Shown here in pieces: positions 26,863-35,365 of a stretch of 64,000 nt of DNA. Location: assembly GCA_963748865.1 (NCBI GenBank), contig CAVVLE010000050.1:148360-212359 (forward strand). The letters run 5' to 3'. A model generated the notes under the pieces. It had not been told where the DNA came from. It did not search any database and saw only the letters and a program-made list of their open reading frames with translations. Position 1 is the stretch's first letter. Every line of letters begins with the position of its first letter. The position numbers and the translations under genes are program-made. Source of the DNA: an uncultured Acidobacteriota bacterium. Its GTDB lineage: Bacteria; Acidobacteriota; Terriglobia; Acidiferrales; UBA7541.

Positions 26863-29681
26863 ACGCGCAAGTGGGATCGCCGACCGCCGTTCTCACGGTG
26901 AATGGCAATCAGGTGGCGATTCACGCGCCGCCGATTCACCGGCTTTCGCGAGTTCTTCGCGACGAGCTCGGATTGACAGGAACGAAAGTCGGTTGTGACG
27001 CGGGCGATTGCGGCGCGTGCACGGTACTCATTGACGGGAGGGCCGCGTGCTCATGCCTGATCGCCGTCGGGCAACTCGACGGTGCCGAAGTCACGACGGT
27101 GGAAGGGCTGGGGCGCTTCTCCCGGAGATTCGAGAGCTTGAAACGCGCATTTCTCGAGCACGGCGCTGCGCAGTGCGGGATTTGCACGCCCGGCATGCTC
27201 GTCGCGGCCACGGCGCTGCTGGAATCGAATCCCGGTAACGGCAGCGCAGCGAAAGAGTCGGCTGCGCGTGAGCAGCGCGGGAAGCTTGACGAAATGCAGG
27301 TGCTAGATGCGCTCGGCGGCGTGCTGTGTCGTTGCACGGGCTACCGGAAGATTGTCGTTGCGGTACTCGATGCCGCGAACGGAGCGGCCGGGCAGCCCCG
27401 GGCGCCCGCGACCAGCGCGGTTGGCGGGCGAGTGGCGCGGGTGGATGGCGGGCGCAAAATCGCTGGCACGGAAATCTACGGCGCAGACGAAGCGCCCGCC
27501 GACGCGCTCTGGCTGCGGGTGGTTCGCAGCCCGCACGATCGCGCGCGATTCCGTTTCGGGGATCTCGAGGGGTTCGTTGCCAATCATCCTGGAATTCATG
27601 CGGTGTTTACCGCGAAGGACGTGCCGGGCAAAAATTGCTACGGCGTAATTCCAGATTGCGCCGATCAACCGGTGTTCGCGGAAGGCGAATCGCGATTTCG
27701 AGGAGAAGCCGTGGCGGCGATTGCCGGAGACGCGGGCGCCATCGCCGCATTTGACTCGGCGAGCTTTCCGGTAGCGTGGGAAGTGTTGCCGGCGCTTCGG
27801 ACGATTGAAGACGCGCTGGACGCGAATGCGCCACTCGTGCACGAGAAGCGTCCAGGCAACGTGCTCGTCCGCGGGCGCGTGGTGCGCGGCGACGTGGAAG
27901 CGGCGCTCGGGCAATCGGACGTGGTCGCTAGCCTGGAGATCGAAACCGGTTTTGTCGAGCACGCGTGCATCGAGCCCGAAGCCGGATTCGCGCGGCGAGT
28001 GGGCGAACGGATCGAGGTCCAATCTTGCACGCAGGCGCCGTACATGGCGCGCAAGGATATCGCGGCCATTCTCGGCATTGACGAACGCGCGGTGCGAATC
28101 CTCCCGACGGCAGTCGGCGGCGGATTTGGGACGAAGCTCGATCTCTCCGTGCAGCCATTTCTCGCTGTCGCGGCGTGGCGCCTGCGGCGACCGGTGCGCA
28201 TGACGTACTCGCGGCCGGAGTCCATCATGGCGACGACGAAGCGGCACCCGGCGCGCGTCCGCGCTTGTGCAGGAGCGAAGCACGACGGCACGCTGCTTGC
28301 GATGGATTTTCAAGCGGACTTCAACACGGGAGCGTATGCATCGTGGGGGCCGACAGTGGCGTATCGGGTCCCGATTCACGCGTCGGGGCCGTACAAGGTG
28401 CCAAACTACCGGGCACGGACGCGTGCGATTCACACGCATCTGGTTCCTGCTGGCGCGTTCCGCGGATTCGGCGTGCCGCAGGGAACCGTAGCGCAGGAAC
28501 AGCTCTATGACGAACTTGCCGAAAAGCTAGGCATGGACGCGCTCGAATTCCGAATCCTGAACGCTCTGGACAATGAAAGCCCGACCGTGACGGGGCAAAT
28601 CTTCGGTAGTGGCGTGGGAATCCGCAAGTGCTTCGAAGCGCTACGCGAAAAATGGGCAGCGGCGCGGGCGGAGGCCAAAGCAGCGAACAGGTCAGCGAAA
28701 GGGCCAGTTCGCCGCGGTGTGGGCGTCGCGGGAATGTGGTACGGCTGCGGAAACACATCGTTGCCAAACCCTTCGACGATGCGCGTCGGCCTGAAGCGCG
28801 ACGGGCGGATCGCACTGCACCAAGGCGCCGTGGACATCGGCCAAGGTTCCGCGACGGTAGTGACGCAAATCTGCGCGGAGGCGGCCGGCGCGCCGATGGA
28901 GAACTTCGATCTTCTTCCGGCGGACACAGATCTGACGCCGGACTGCGGGAAAACGTCGGCATCGCGGCAAACGTTTGTCTCGGGCAAAGCGGCGAGCCTC
29001 GCCGGTACGGAATTGAGAAAGGCAATATTGCGGCTCGGGAAAGCCCGCGATTGCGCGCGAATCGAATTCGGCAAGAGCGAGATTGGGATTGAAGAGCGCG
29101 GCGCAAGGCGAACGATTTCGCTTCGCGAGCTGCCTGTTGATGCGCATGGTTACGTGGCGTCGGCCGAGGCGACATTCGACCCCCCGACGAGCCCGCTCGA
29201 TGCCGACGGCCAGGGAAACCCGTACGCGGTTTATGGTTTTGGTGCGCACATGGCGGAAGTCAGCGTGGATCTCGAGCTGGGCACAGTGCGTGTGCTGAAA
29301 ATTGCCGCGGCGCACGACGTGGGCCGCGCCATTAATCCGACACTTGTCGAGGGCCAAATCGAAGGTGGCGCGGCGCAGGGGCTGGGCTTCGCATTGATGG
29401 AAGAGTTCTTCCCCGGCAAAGGCGAAAATCTGCACGACTACCTTATTCCGTCGGCCGGCGACGTCCCTCCCGTCGATTCCATCCTGATCGAAGATCCATC
29501 GCCAATCGGCCCGTTCGGCGCGAAAGGCGTCGGCGAACAAGCCCTGATTCCCACGGCGCCTGCGATTCTGAACGCAATTCGCCACGCGACCGGAGTCCGC
29601 ATCCGGAGGATTCCCGCCACACCCGAGCGCGTGCGCGCGGAGATTCTCGTCGCAGCAAAAACTGAGGTGCACGATGCCTGA
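26859..29681 (+). CDS. molybdenum hydroxylase with fused [2Fe-2S] small subunit and molybdopterin-binding large subunit; context suggests nicotinate dehydrogenase
   Basis: The ATG at 26859 gives MNAQVGSPTAVLTVNGNQV... The first 2Fe-2S motif is GCDAGDCGACTV. The second cluster reads GAAQCGICTPGM...CRCTGY. An aldehyde-oxidase/XDH a/b-hammerhead and Moco domains follow (...GGGFGTKL...GQG...AHDVGRAINP...EGQIEGGAAQG...). The substrate assignment is inference from neighbouring genes only. Confidence 0.85.
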   Translation: MNAQVGSPTAVLTVNGNQVAIHAPPIHRLSRVLRDELGLTGTKVGCDAGDCGACTVLIDGRAACSCLIAVGQLDGAEVTTVEGLGRFSRRFESLKRAFLEHGAAQCGICTPGMLVAATALLESNPGNGSAAKESAAREQRGKLDEMQVLDALGGVLCRCTGYRKIVVAVLDAANGAAGQPRAPATSAVGGRVARVDGGRKIAGTEIYGADEAPADALWLRVVRSPHDRARFRFGDLEGFVANHPGIHAVFTAKDVPGKNCYGVIPDCADQPVFAEGESRFRGEAVAAIAGDAGAIAAFDSASFPVAWEVLPALRTIEDALDANAPLVHEKRPGNVLVRGRVVRGDVEAALGQSDVVASLEIETGFVEHACIEPEAGFARRVGERIEVQSCTQAPYMARKDIAAILGIDERAVRILPTAVGGGFGTKLDLSVQPFLAVAAWRLRRPVRMTYSRPESIMATTKRHPARVRACAGAKHDGTLLAMDFQADFNTGAYASWGPTVAYRVPIHASGPYKVPNYRARTRAIHTHLVPAGAFRGFGVPQGTVAQEQLYDELAEKLGMDALEFRILNALDNESPTVTGQIFGSGVGIRKCFEALREKWAAARAEAKAANRSAKGPVRRGVGVAGMWYGCGNTSLPNPSTMRVGLKRDGRIALHQGAVDIGQGSATVVTQICAEAAGAPMENFDLLPADTDLTPDCGKTSASRQTFVSGKAASLAGTELRKAILRLGKARDCARIEFGKSEIGIEERGARRTISLRELPVDAHGYVASAEATFDPPTSPLDADGQGNPYAVYGFGAHMAEVSVDLELGTVRVLKIAAAHDVGRAINPTLVEGQIEGGAAQGLGFALMEEFFPGKGENLHDYLIPSAGDVPPVDSILIEDPSPIGPFGAKGVGEQALIPTAPAILNAIRHATGVRIRRIPATPERVRAEILVAAKTEVHDA

Positions 29682-31137
29682 GGATACCATTCGCTGCGAC
29701 GCGTGCCCCGTTCTCTGCTACATCAAGCGGGGCATGACCGGAGCGTGTGATCGCTACGCAAATCACGACGGCCTTCTCGTGCGCGTGGACCCGCAGGCGA
29801 TGCTCGATCGCGCGAGATCGCACGGCACGCCGCTCGTCCGGTTTCTCGGACCCGATCGGGACTGGGACGGGCGGCTCGTGAAAGGGCCCGAAACATTCGT
29901 GACCGCCATTGGCGCGGGCACGACGTATCCCGATTACAAGCCCGCACCGTTCATTGTGTCTTCGATAGTCGAAGGCGTGGATATAGTGACGGTCGTGACC
30001 GAGGGGATCTTCAGTTATTGCGGCGTGAAAGTAAAAATTGACACCGACCGGCACCTCGGGCCGGAAAGAAATCTCGTGCGGGCACAAGGCGAGCCGGTCG
30101 GACACGTCACCACCGGAGAGTACGGCTCGCAAATGCTCTCGCTCGGCGGCGTGAAACATCTCACGGGCGGCACGAAGAAGGAAGGTCGAGTCACGTGCGA
30201 GACGCTGCTCGATTTGTGCAACCAGAAGCCGGTGGAATTGGCGATTGACGACGGCGCACGCGTGATCGTCGAGGCCGGAAAGCCGCCTATCGTGAACGGC
30301 ATGCTCGAAGCGCGTATGCGCGTAGGATGCGGCTCGGCGACGATCGGCATGTTCGCGCGGCAGTGGTTCGGCAAAGTGGACGAAGTCGTGGTCGTGGACG
30401 ATCACATCACCGGCGTGCTGTCCGAACATCAGGCCGGAAAACTTCTAGGCGTGCGGGATACCGGCATTCGGATCAAGGGCCGGCGCTCGACGCCGGGGAG
30501 ATATTTTCAAGTCGCGGAGCCCGGAACCGGCTGGGGCGGCACGGACATCAGCGATCCGCTGTCCATCCTGGATGCATTCAAGCCCAGGATTGCGTGGCCG
30601 CGGCTGCGGCTGCTGATGGTCAGTACGACAGGCGAACAATATGCATACTACGAGCTCGACGAAGACTTGCGGCCCGTAGCACGCGAGTTGCCGGATCAGC
30701 TGGTCGAGTCCGTCGAGCGAATCCGGGAGAATTGTGAACCGGCGCTTACGACGGTTCTCTTCATGGGCGGCGCGGGAGGATCGCTACGCGCGGGAGTGAC
30801 GGACAATCCGGTGAAGCTGACACGTTCGGTGAAGCATAATTTTACGCGAGTGACATGCGGCGGCGCACCGGTCTACGTATGGCCCGGAGGCGGGATCACC
30901 TTCATGGTGGACGTAACGCGAGTGCCCGAAAACGGATTCGGCTATGTGCCGACGCCCGCGCTGGTCGCGCCTATCGAATTCACGCTAAAGCTCGAAGACT
31001 ACGCCGTGCTCGGCGGCCACATGGACTACGTCCGGCCGCTCAGCGAGATCGTGGGTAGCGATCGCCGGCTTCAAACATCGCCGCACGAGAAGCCGTCGCC
31101 ACTGCGGGCGATCTCGTTAGGGGACGCGGAATCATGA
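29674..31137 (+). CDS. 6-hydroxynicotinate reductase-like iron-sulfur protein
   Basis: The ORF encodes 487 aa. The N-terminal Cys cluster is IRCDACPVLCYIKRGMTGACDRYAN. From memory this matches proteins annotated as 6-hydroxynicotinate reductase, which co-occur with UPF0280 and amino-acid-synthesis-family genes. It overlaps the upstream stop by 8 nt and the downstream start by ATGA. Confidence 0.6.
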   Translation: MPEDTIRCDACPVLCYIKRGMTGACDRYANHDGLLVRVDPQAMLDRARSHGTPLVRFLGPDRDWDGRLVKGPETFVTAIGAGTTYPDYKPAPFIVSSIVEGVDIVTVVTEGIFSYCGVKVKIDTDRHLGPERNLVRAQGEPVGHVTTGEYGSQMLSLGGVKHLTGGTKKEGRVTCETLLDLCNQKPVELAIDDGARVIVEAGKPPIVNGMLEARMRVGCGSATIGMFARQWFGKVDEVVVVDDHITGVLSEHQAGKLLGVRDTGIRIKGRRSTPGRYFQVAEPGTGWGGTDISDPLSILDAFKPRIAWPRLRLLMVSTTGEQYAYYELDEDLRPVARELPDQLVESVERIRENCEPALTTVLFMGGAGGSLRAGVTDNPVKLTRSVKHNFTRVTCGGAPVYVWPGGGITFMVDVTRVPENGFGYVPTPALVAPIEFTLKLEDYAVLGGHMDYVRPLSEIVGSDRRLQTSPHEKPSPLRAISLGDAES

Positions 31138-32049
31138 GAGAACCGCCGGTAGTTCGCTTCCTTCCTGACGAGCGCCGATTGCACCTGCACGACGGCCCGA
31201 TTGATCTTATAATCGAAGCATTCGGGAAGCCGAGCGAGATCGAGACCGCATATCGCGCGGCGGCGCGGCGATTCATCACCGTGCTCGACGAATTGTGCGA
31301 AGAGCTGCAGCTTCTGCGGTCGGAGGCGCGCGCGGACGGCCCGATGCCAAAAGGGCAAGTCGCGCGGAGGATGGCAAAAGCGGTCGCGCCCTTCGCGCGC
31401 GAGGCATTCATCACGCCGATGGCCGCGGTGGCCGGCAGCGTCGCGGAAGAAATTTTGGACGCGATGATGCAGGCCGCTTCGCCTTCGCGCGCCTACGTGA
31501 ATGACGGCGGGGACATCGCGATTCATCTTTCGGCCGGCGAATTTATTCGAATCGGCATGATCGAGCGGCCGGATCGTCCATCGTTGCTCGGTATGGTTCT
31601 GCTCCGCGCCGAGCGACGTATCCACGGAGTTGCGACGAGCGGTTGGCGCGGACGAAGCTTTCTCTCTGGGAATCGCAGACGCCGTCACGGTTCTTGCGGA
31701 TCGCGCAGCGATGGCTGACGCCGCCGCTACCATGATCGCAAACGCGGTGGATTTGCCCGGCACCGCGCGATTACTCGCGTTCCGGCGCGCGATATCGCTC
31801 CGGACAACGACCTCGGCGCGCACCTCGTGACTCGCGGGGTGGGTGAACTTACCGCGCGCGACATCGATACCGCGCTCGATTCGGGCGCCGCAACCGCCGA
31901 GAATTATGTCGCTGAAGGGCTAGTCTGCGCCGCGGCGATTTGCCTTCAGAAAGAGACTCGAATCGTCGGATTGCGAGATGCCAATCCGCAATTGATCATC
32001 GCCGGGGCGGAGGATTCGGCGAGGAGAGTCGGCGGTTGCCGGAAGTTAA
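31134..32049 (+). pseudogene. UPF0280 (ApbE-like fold) family gene, disrupted by two internal indels and with its stop lost to a third indel
   Basis: Frame 0 reads MREPPVVRFLPDERRLHLHDGPIDLII...GVATSGWRGRSF. The frame then shifts to +1 for SLGIADAVTVLADRAAMADAAATMIANAVDLPG, which is the family's conserved core. It returns to frame 0 for HRAITRVPARDIAPDNDLGAHLVTRGVGELT...AAICLQKETRIVG... A natural TAA at 32047-32049 is reached only if one base near 32045 is removed. Confidence 0.6.
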
Positions 32050-32622
32050 GAGTTCGAAAACTCGCGACTCTCGTGGAGGAAATTCTTCACGAAGGTGGGC
32101 CCATGCCCTCGATACCTCCTGCGGCGCGCGGCCGTACTGGCGGCGATTTCAAATCCCTTTGCCGGGTCGTATGTCGCTGAAATCACTTGGTTTATGGATG
32201 AGCTAAAGCCACTCGGACTTGAGATGTCGAAGACTCTCGTCGCGGCGCTGGGAGGCGACCGGCACGAGATCGAAGGATATGGCAAGGGCGCGATTGTGGG
32301 CGCGGCCGGCGAACTCGAGCATGGAGCACTGTGGCACGTTCCCGGAGGGTATGCGATGCGCGAGATCCTCGGAGGCGCGAAAGCCATCGTGGCTTCGTCG
32401 AAGAAAGTTGGAGGCCCGGGAGCGCGGCTCGACGTCCCAATCACACACATCAACGCGTCATACGTTCGCAGTCATTTCGATTCGATGGAGGTCGGATTGG
32501 CGGACGCGCCGCGCGCGGACGAAATTCTGCTCGCACTGGTGATGACAACGGGGCCGCGCGTTCACGCTCGCGTCGGCGGCCTCAAGGCTTCGGAGATCAA
32601 AGGAGAGGATGGCTTGCGATGA
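32036..32622 (+). pseudogene. amino acid synthesis family (PF06684/DUF1185-like) gene, copy 1, with two +1 indels near the 5' end
   Basis: The body, LLRRAAVLAAISNPFAGSYVAEI...SSKKVGGPGARLDVPITHINASYVRSHFDSMEV...KGEDGLR, is co-linear with the intact paralog at 32619..33215. The N-terminal part (LRVRKLATLVEEILHEGGP) is in another frame. The only plausible start is the TTG at 32036, with AGGAG 9 nt upstream, and it is in a third frame. Confidence 0.6.
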
Positions 32623-33215
32623 CGGCGGCGCGGAAAGCGAAAATCCGGAAGCTGGTCACGTTCGTTGAAGAGACCCGAAACGAAATGGGACGAGCGATCG
32701 ATCCACCGACGCGGCGCGCCGCTGCGCTCGCCGTGATCGAAAATCCGTACGCGGGAAAATTTGTCGAGGACTTGAGCGAGCTAATGGAGATCGGAGAAGA
32801 GTTGGGCGGCGTCCTAGCACAACGCGCCGTGGCTGCGCTGGGCATTCCGGGCGCGGCGGTTGAGAGCTATGGCAAGGCCGCGGCGGTCGGCGAGAACGGC
32901 GAAATCGAGCACGCGGCGGCGGTTCTGCACCCGAAGCTTGGCGCACCGGTGCGAGAAACTCTGGGCAAAGGCGCCGCGCTCATTCCCTCCTCGAAGAAGT
33001 GCGGAGGGCTCGGCGTCACGCTCGACGTTCCTCTCGGACACAAAGACGCAGCGTTCGTGCGCAGCCACTTCGACGGCATGGAAGTGAGAATCAACGATGC
33101 GCCGCGCGCGAACGAGATCATCGTTGCGGTCGCCGTAACCGACAGCGGACGCCCACTCGCGCGGGTCGGCGGGTTGAAGAAAGAAGAAATCAAGGGCGAA
33201 GACGGCTTGCATTAG
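32619..33215 (+). CDS. amino acid synthesis family (PF06684/DUF1185-like) protein, copy 2
   Basis: The ATG at 32619 overlaps the previous stop as ATGA. The sequence begins MTAARKAKIRKLVTFVEETRNEMGRAIDPPTRRAAALAVIENPYAGKF and continues ...SSKKCGGLGVTLDVPLGHKDAAFVRSHFDGMEV...KGEDGLH. It is 198 aa, the typical family size. Confidence 0.75.
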   Translation: MTAARKAKIRKLVTFVEETRNEMGRAIDPPTRRAAALAVIENPYAGKFVEDLSELMEIGEELGGVLAQRAVAALGIPGAAVESYGKAAAVGENGEIEHAAAVLHPKLGAPVRETLGKGAALIPSSKKCGGLGVTLDVPLGHKDAAFVRSHFDGMEVRINDAPRANEIIVAVAVTDSGRPLARVGGLKKEEIKGEDGLH

Positions 33216-33262
33216 AGATCGAGCGCGCGCAACATGAGGGCGATTTCGAATGACTCGGGGGA
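33180..33262. repeat. left copy of an ~84-nt direct repeat bracketing the nicotinamidase gene
   Basis: This copy covers the last 10 codons of the gene at 32619..33215 (KEEIKGEDGLH-stop) plus 47 nt downstream. By hand alignment it matches 34016..34099 at about 71 of 84 columns. Confidence 0.8.
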
Positions 33263-33400
33263 CACCTGAAGCGCGCAAACGCTGCCGCGCCGGGCTTGCG
33301 AAGCCGCCGGAGCGCTACCGGCAGTCTTTGAAACGCTGCTCGGGACTCAAGGAGCGCGTAAGCCGCGCGAAGGCGAAGTAACTGTCCGCAGGGCGGATCG

Positions 33401-34009
33401 ATGGCTTCCAAATCGGTAGTCTTTTGGGAGGTTGATGCGCAGCGCGATTTCATGCTGCCGGGCGGCGCGCTGTATGTGCCTGACGCCGAGAAAATCCTTC
33501 CGAATCTGAAGCGCCTCGTCGATGCAGCGAACGCAGGACGCGTGTTTTTGGTGTCGAGCGCCTGCCAGCACGCGCCGGATGATCCGGAGTTTAAATCATT
33601 CGGGCCGCACTGCATTCGCGGCACGTTCGGCGCGGAGATTGTCATCGAGGGGCTGACCAGCGATTTCTTCCGCATTCCCAGCGCGCAGAATTTCACTTGG
33701 CCTGACGACTGGAATCGGCGTCATCAAGTCATTTTCGAAAAGCAGCAGCTCGATGTCTTCAGCAATCCGCAAGCTGCGGTGCTGGTCGAGAAGCTGGGCT
33801 CGGATGTGCAGTACGTTGTGTTCGGAGTGGTGACGGAGTATTGCGTGAACCAGGCTGCGCGCGGCTTACTTGAACGCGGAAGAAAAGTTGCCGTGGTGAA
33901 AGATGCAATCGAGACGCTCAAGCCGCAAGAAGGGCAACGAACACTGAATGACCTCGCGGCGGACGGCGCTCGCCTGATTACCACAGATGAGGCACTCGCT
34001 CTAATCTGA
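33401..34009 (+). CDS. isochorismatase-family cysteine hydrolase, nicotinamidase-like
   Basis: The ORF encodes 202 aa. The Asp motif is FWEVDAQRDFMLPGGALYV. An H..D metal/substrate region (ACQHAPDDPEF...GPHCIRGT) is present, and the catalytic Cys lies in VVFGVVTEYCVNQAARG. Placement next to nicotinate-pathway genes supports a nicotinamidase role, which remains inference. Confidence 0.7.
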   Translation: MASKSVVFWEVDAQRDFMLPGGALYVPDAEKILPNLKRLVDAANAGRVFLVSSACQHAPDDPEFKSFGPHCIRGTFGAEIVIEGLTSDFFRIPSAQNFTWPDDWNRRHQVIFEKQQLDVFSNPQAAVLVEKLGSDVQYVVFGVVTEYCVNQAARGLLERGRKVAVVKDAIETLKPQEGQRTLNDLAADGARLITTDEALALI

Positions 34010-34015
34010 GTCGAA

Positions 34016-34099
34016 AAAGAAGAAATCAAGGACGAAGACGACGTGCAGTAGTGATCGAGCGGGCGCAGCACGAGGCGCGATTTCAAATCACTCGAGGAA
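34016..34099. repeat. right copy of the ~84-nt direct repeat bracketing the nicotinamidase gene
   Basis: It contains a decayed copy of the amino-acid-synthesis gene terminus (EKEEIKDEDDVQ-stop). It also contains the genuine 3' end of the enamidase-like gene on the opposite strand (...LPRVI-stop). Confidence 0.8.
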
Positions 34100-35243
34100 G
34101 CCTCGTTGGGGGCGGCGTGTTGCGGCTTCGCTCGGAACGCACGGTGCCATCAATCACAGTCATTCCAATTCCGGGCAAGTCGCCCAGGCGAACGCTTTCC
34201 AAGAGTGATTTTCCCGCCGAATGCTGCGCGCAATCCAGAAAAACGAAATCGGCAGCTCGTCCCGGCTCGATCAATCCGCAGTCGAGCTTTCGCGCTTTGG
34301 CGGTATTACCTGTGGCGAAGCAGAACGCAATTTCCGCCGAAATGTCGCCTAGCGATGAAAGCATCGAAATCAGCCGAATGATTCCGAGAGGCTGAACGCC
34401 CGATCCTGCTGGCGCATCAGTGCCGAGAATCACGCGATCGAGATGGTTCAGTTCCTTCGCGAGACGCAGGGTGAGAAGTGCGGCTCGCTCGTTGCCGTTG
34501 TGAACGATTTCCAGGGCTCGCGGCGATTGCTCACACAGTGCCCGAATTTGATTGTCGGGGAGTGCCGTGTGACCGCCGTTGATGTGACCGATGATGTCGG
34601 CATCCGCCGCAAGAACAATGTCCTTGTCGATCAGGCTCGAACCGGGAATGGAAGGCCCGCCGGTGTGAATCGTGCTTTGAATGCCGTATTTGCGTGCCCA
34701 CGCTACCATTTGCCGGGCAGTCTCGCCATCTTTCACGCTGCCGAGTCCAACCTCGCCGAGCAGCTTAACCCCGGCATCGGCGAGCGATTGAAAGTCTTCT
34801 TCGACCATGCCGTGCTCGATCACCGGGGCGCCAGCGTGAACCTTTACGCCGCTGGGACGCAGGGCGGCAAATGAACGCTGGGCGGTGATCGCCATGGCCT
34901 TCACGCCGACGACATCCTTCGGGCGTCCCGGTGTATGCACTTCTCCCGCCGAAATCATAGTGGTCACGCCGCCGTGCAGGCAGCTGTCAATCCAGCCAAC
35001 CTGATTCTGGCGCGGCGTCCAATCGCCAACAACCGGATGAACGTGACTGTCAATCAAACCCGGGGCAATCGCGCAGCCATTTGCATCGATCGTGGTCGTT
35101 GCGTCGGACGTGTCCAAGTCTTTTTCGTTGCCAACGGCTAAGATTCTGCCATTTACGGCGATGAGGGTGTCGGCTTCGAAGATCGGCCGCGCCAGATCGC
35201 CACTGAGGACTAGGCCGAGGTTGACGATTACCAGTTTCGTCAT
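34083..35243 (-). CDS. enamidase-like amidohydrolase (1,4,5,6-tetrahydro-6-oxonicotinate hydrolase-like)
   Basis: The ORF encodes 386 aa. The metal-binding HxH is PGLIDSHVHP. Other conserved stretches are GGVTTMISAGEVHTPGRPKD, GEVGLGSVK, HTGGPSIPGSS, GHINGG and LGTDAPAGSG. From memory it is co-linear with, and the same length as, Eubacterium barkeri enamidase (PDB 2VUN). Confidence 0.75.
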   Translation of the reverse strand: MTKLVIVNLGLVLSGDLARPIFEADTLIAVNGRILAVGNEKDLDTSDATTTIDANGCAIAPGLIDSHVHPVVGDWTPRQNQVGWIDSCLHGGVTTMISAGEVHTPGRPKDVVGVKAMAITAQRSFAALRPSGVKVHAGAPVIEHGMVEEDFQSLADAGVKLLGEVGLGSVKDGETARQMVAWARKYGIQSTIHTGGPSIPGSSLIDKDIVLAADADIIGHINGGHTALPDNQIRALCEQSPRALEIVHNGNERAALLTLRLAKELNHLDRVILGTDAPAGSGVQPLGIIRLISMLSSLGDISAEIAFCFATGNTAKARKLDCGLIEPGRAADFVFLDCAQHSAGKSLLESVRLGDLPGIGMTVIDGTVRSERSRNTPPPTRLPRVI

Positions 35244-35365
35244 GAAGGCGTCTTCGTGGCCAAGTCGTGAGGCATGCGATTCTTCTCCTCACCGGCCGCC
35301 GTTGCATTGCCGGAAGCGCTGCTCGGCTGAATTTGTATACAAACGTGCGAAAGAGAGCAACTTGA

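Noticed and set aside
27303-30429. Several long antisense ORFs lie inside the molybdenum-hydroxylase and reductase-like genes: 27303..28439, 27665..28291, 28321..29175, 28692..29690 and 29443..30429, up to 378 aa.
   Set aside because: They are Arg/Pro/Ala/Gly-rich, low-complexity and have no motifs. They fully overlap sense-strand genes with clear catalytic motifs. This is the usual stop-codon-poor antisense frame of GC-rich coding DNA.
31134-32622. The possibility that the frame changes in UPF0280 and amino-acid-synthesis copy 1 reflect programmed ribosomal frameshifting.
   Set aside because: The sites have no slippery heptamer (X XXY YYZ) and no obvious downstream stimulatory structure. 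Four events in mixed directions within 470 nt would be unprecedented. Decay or sequence error is far more parsimonious.
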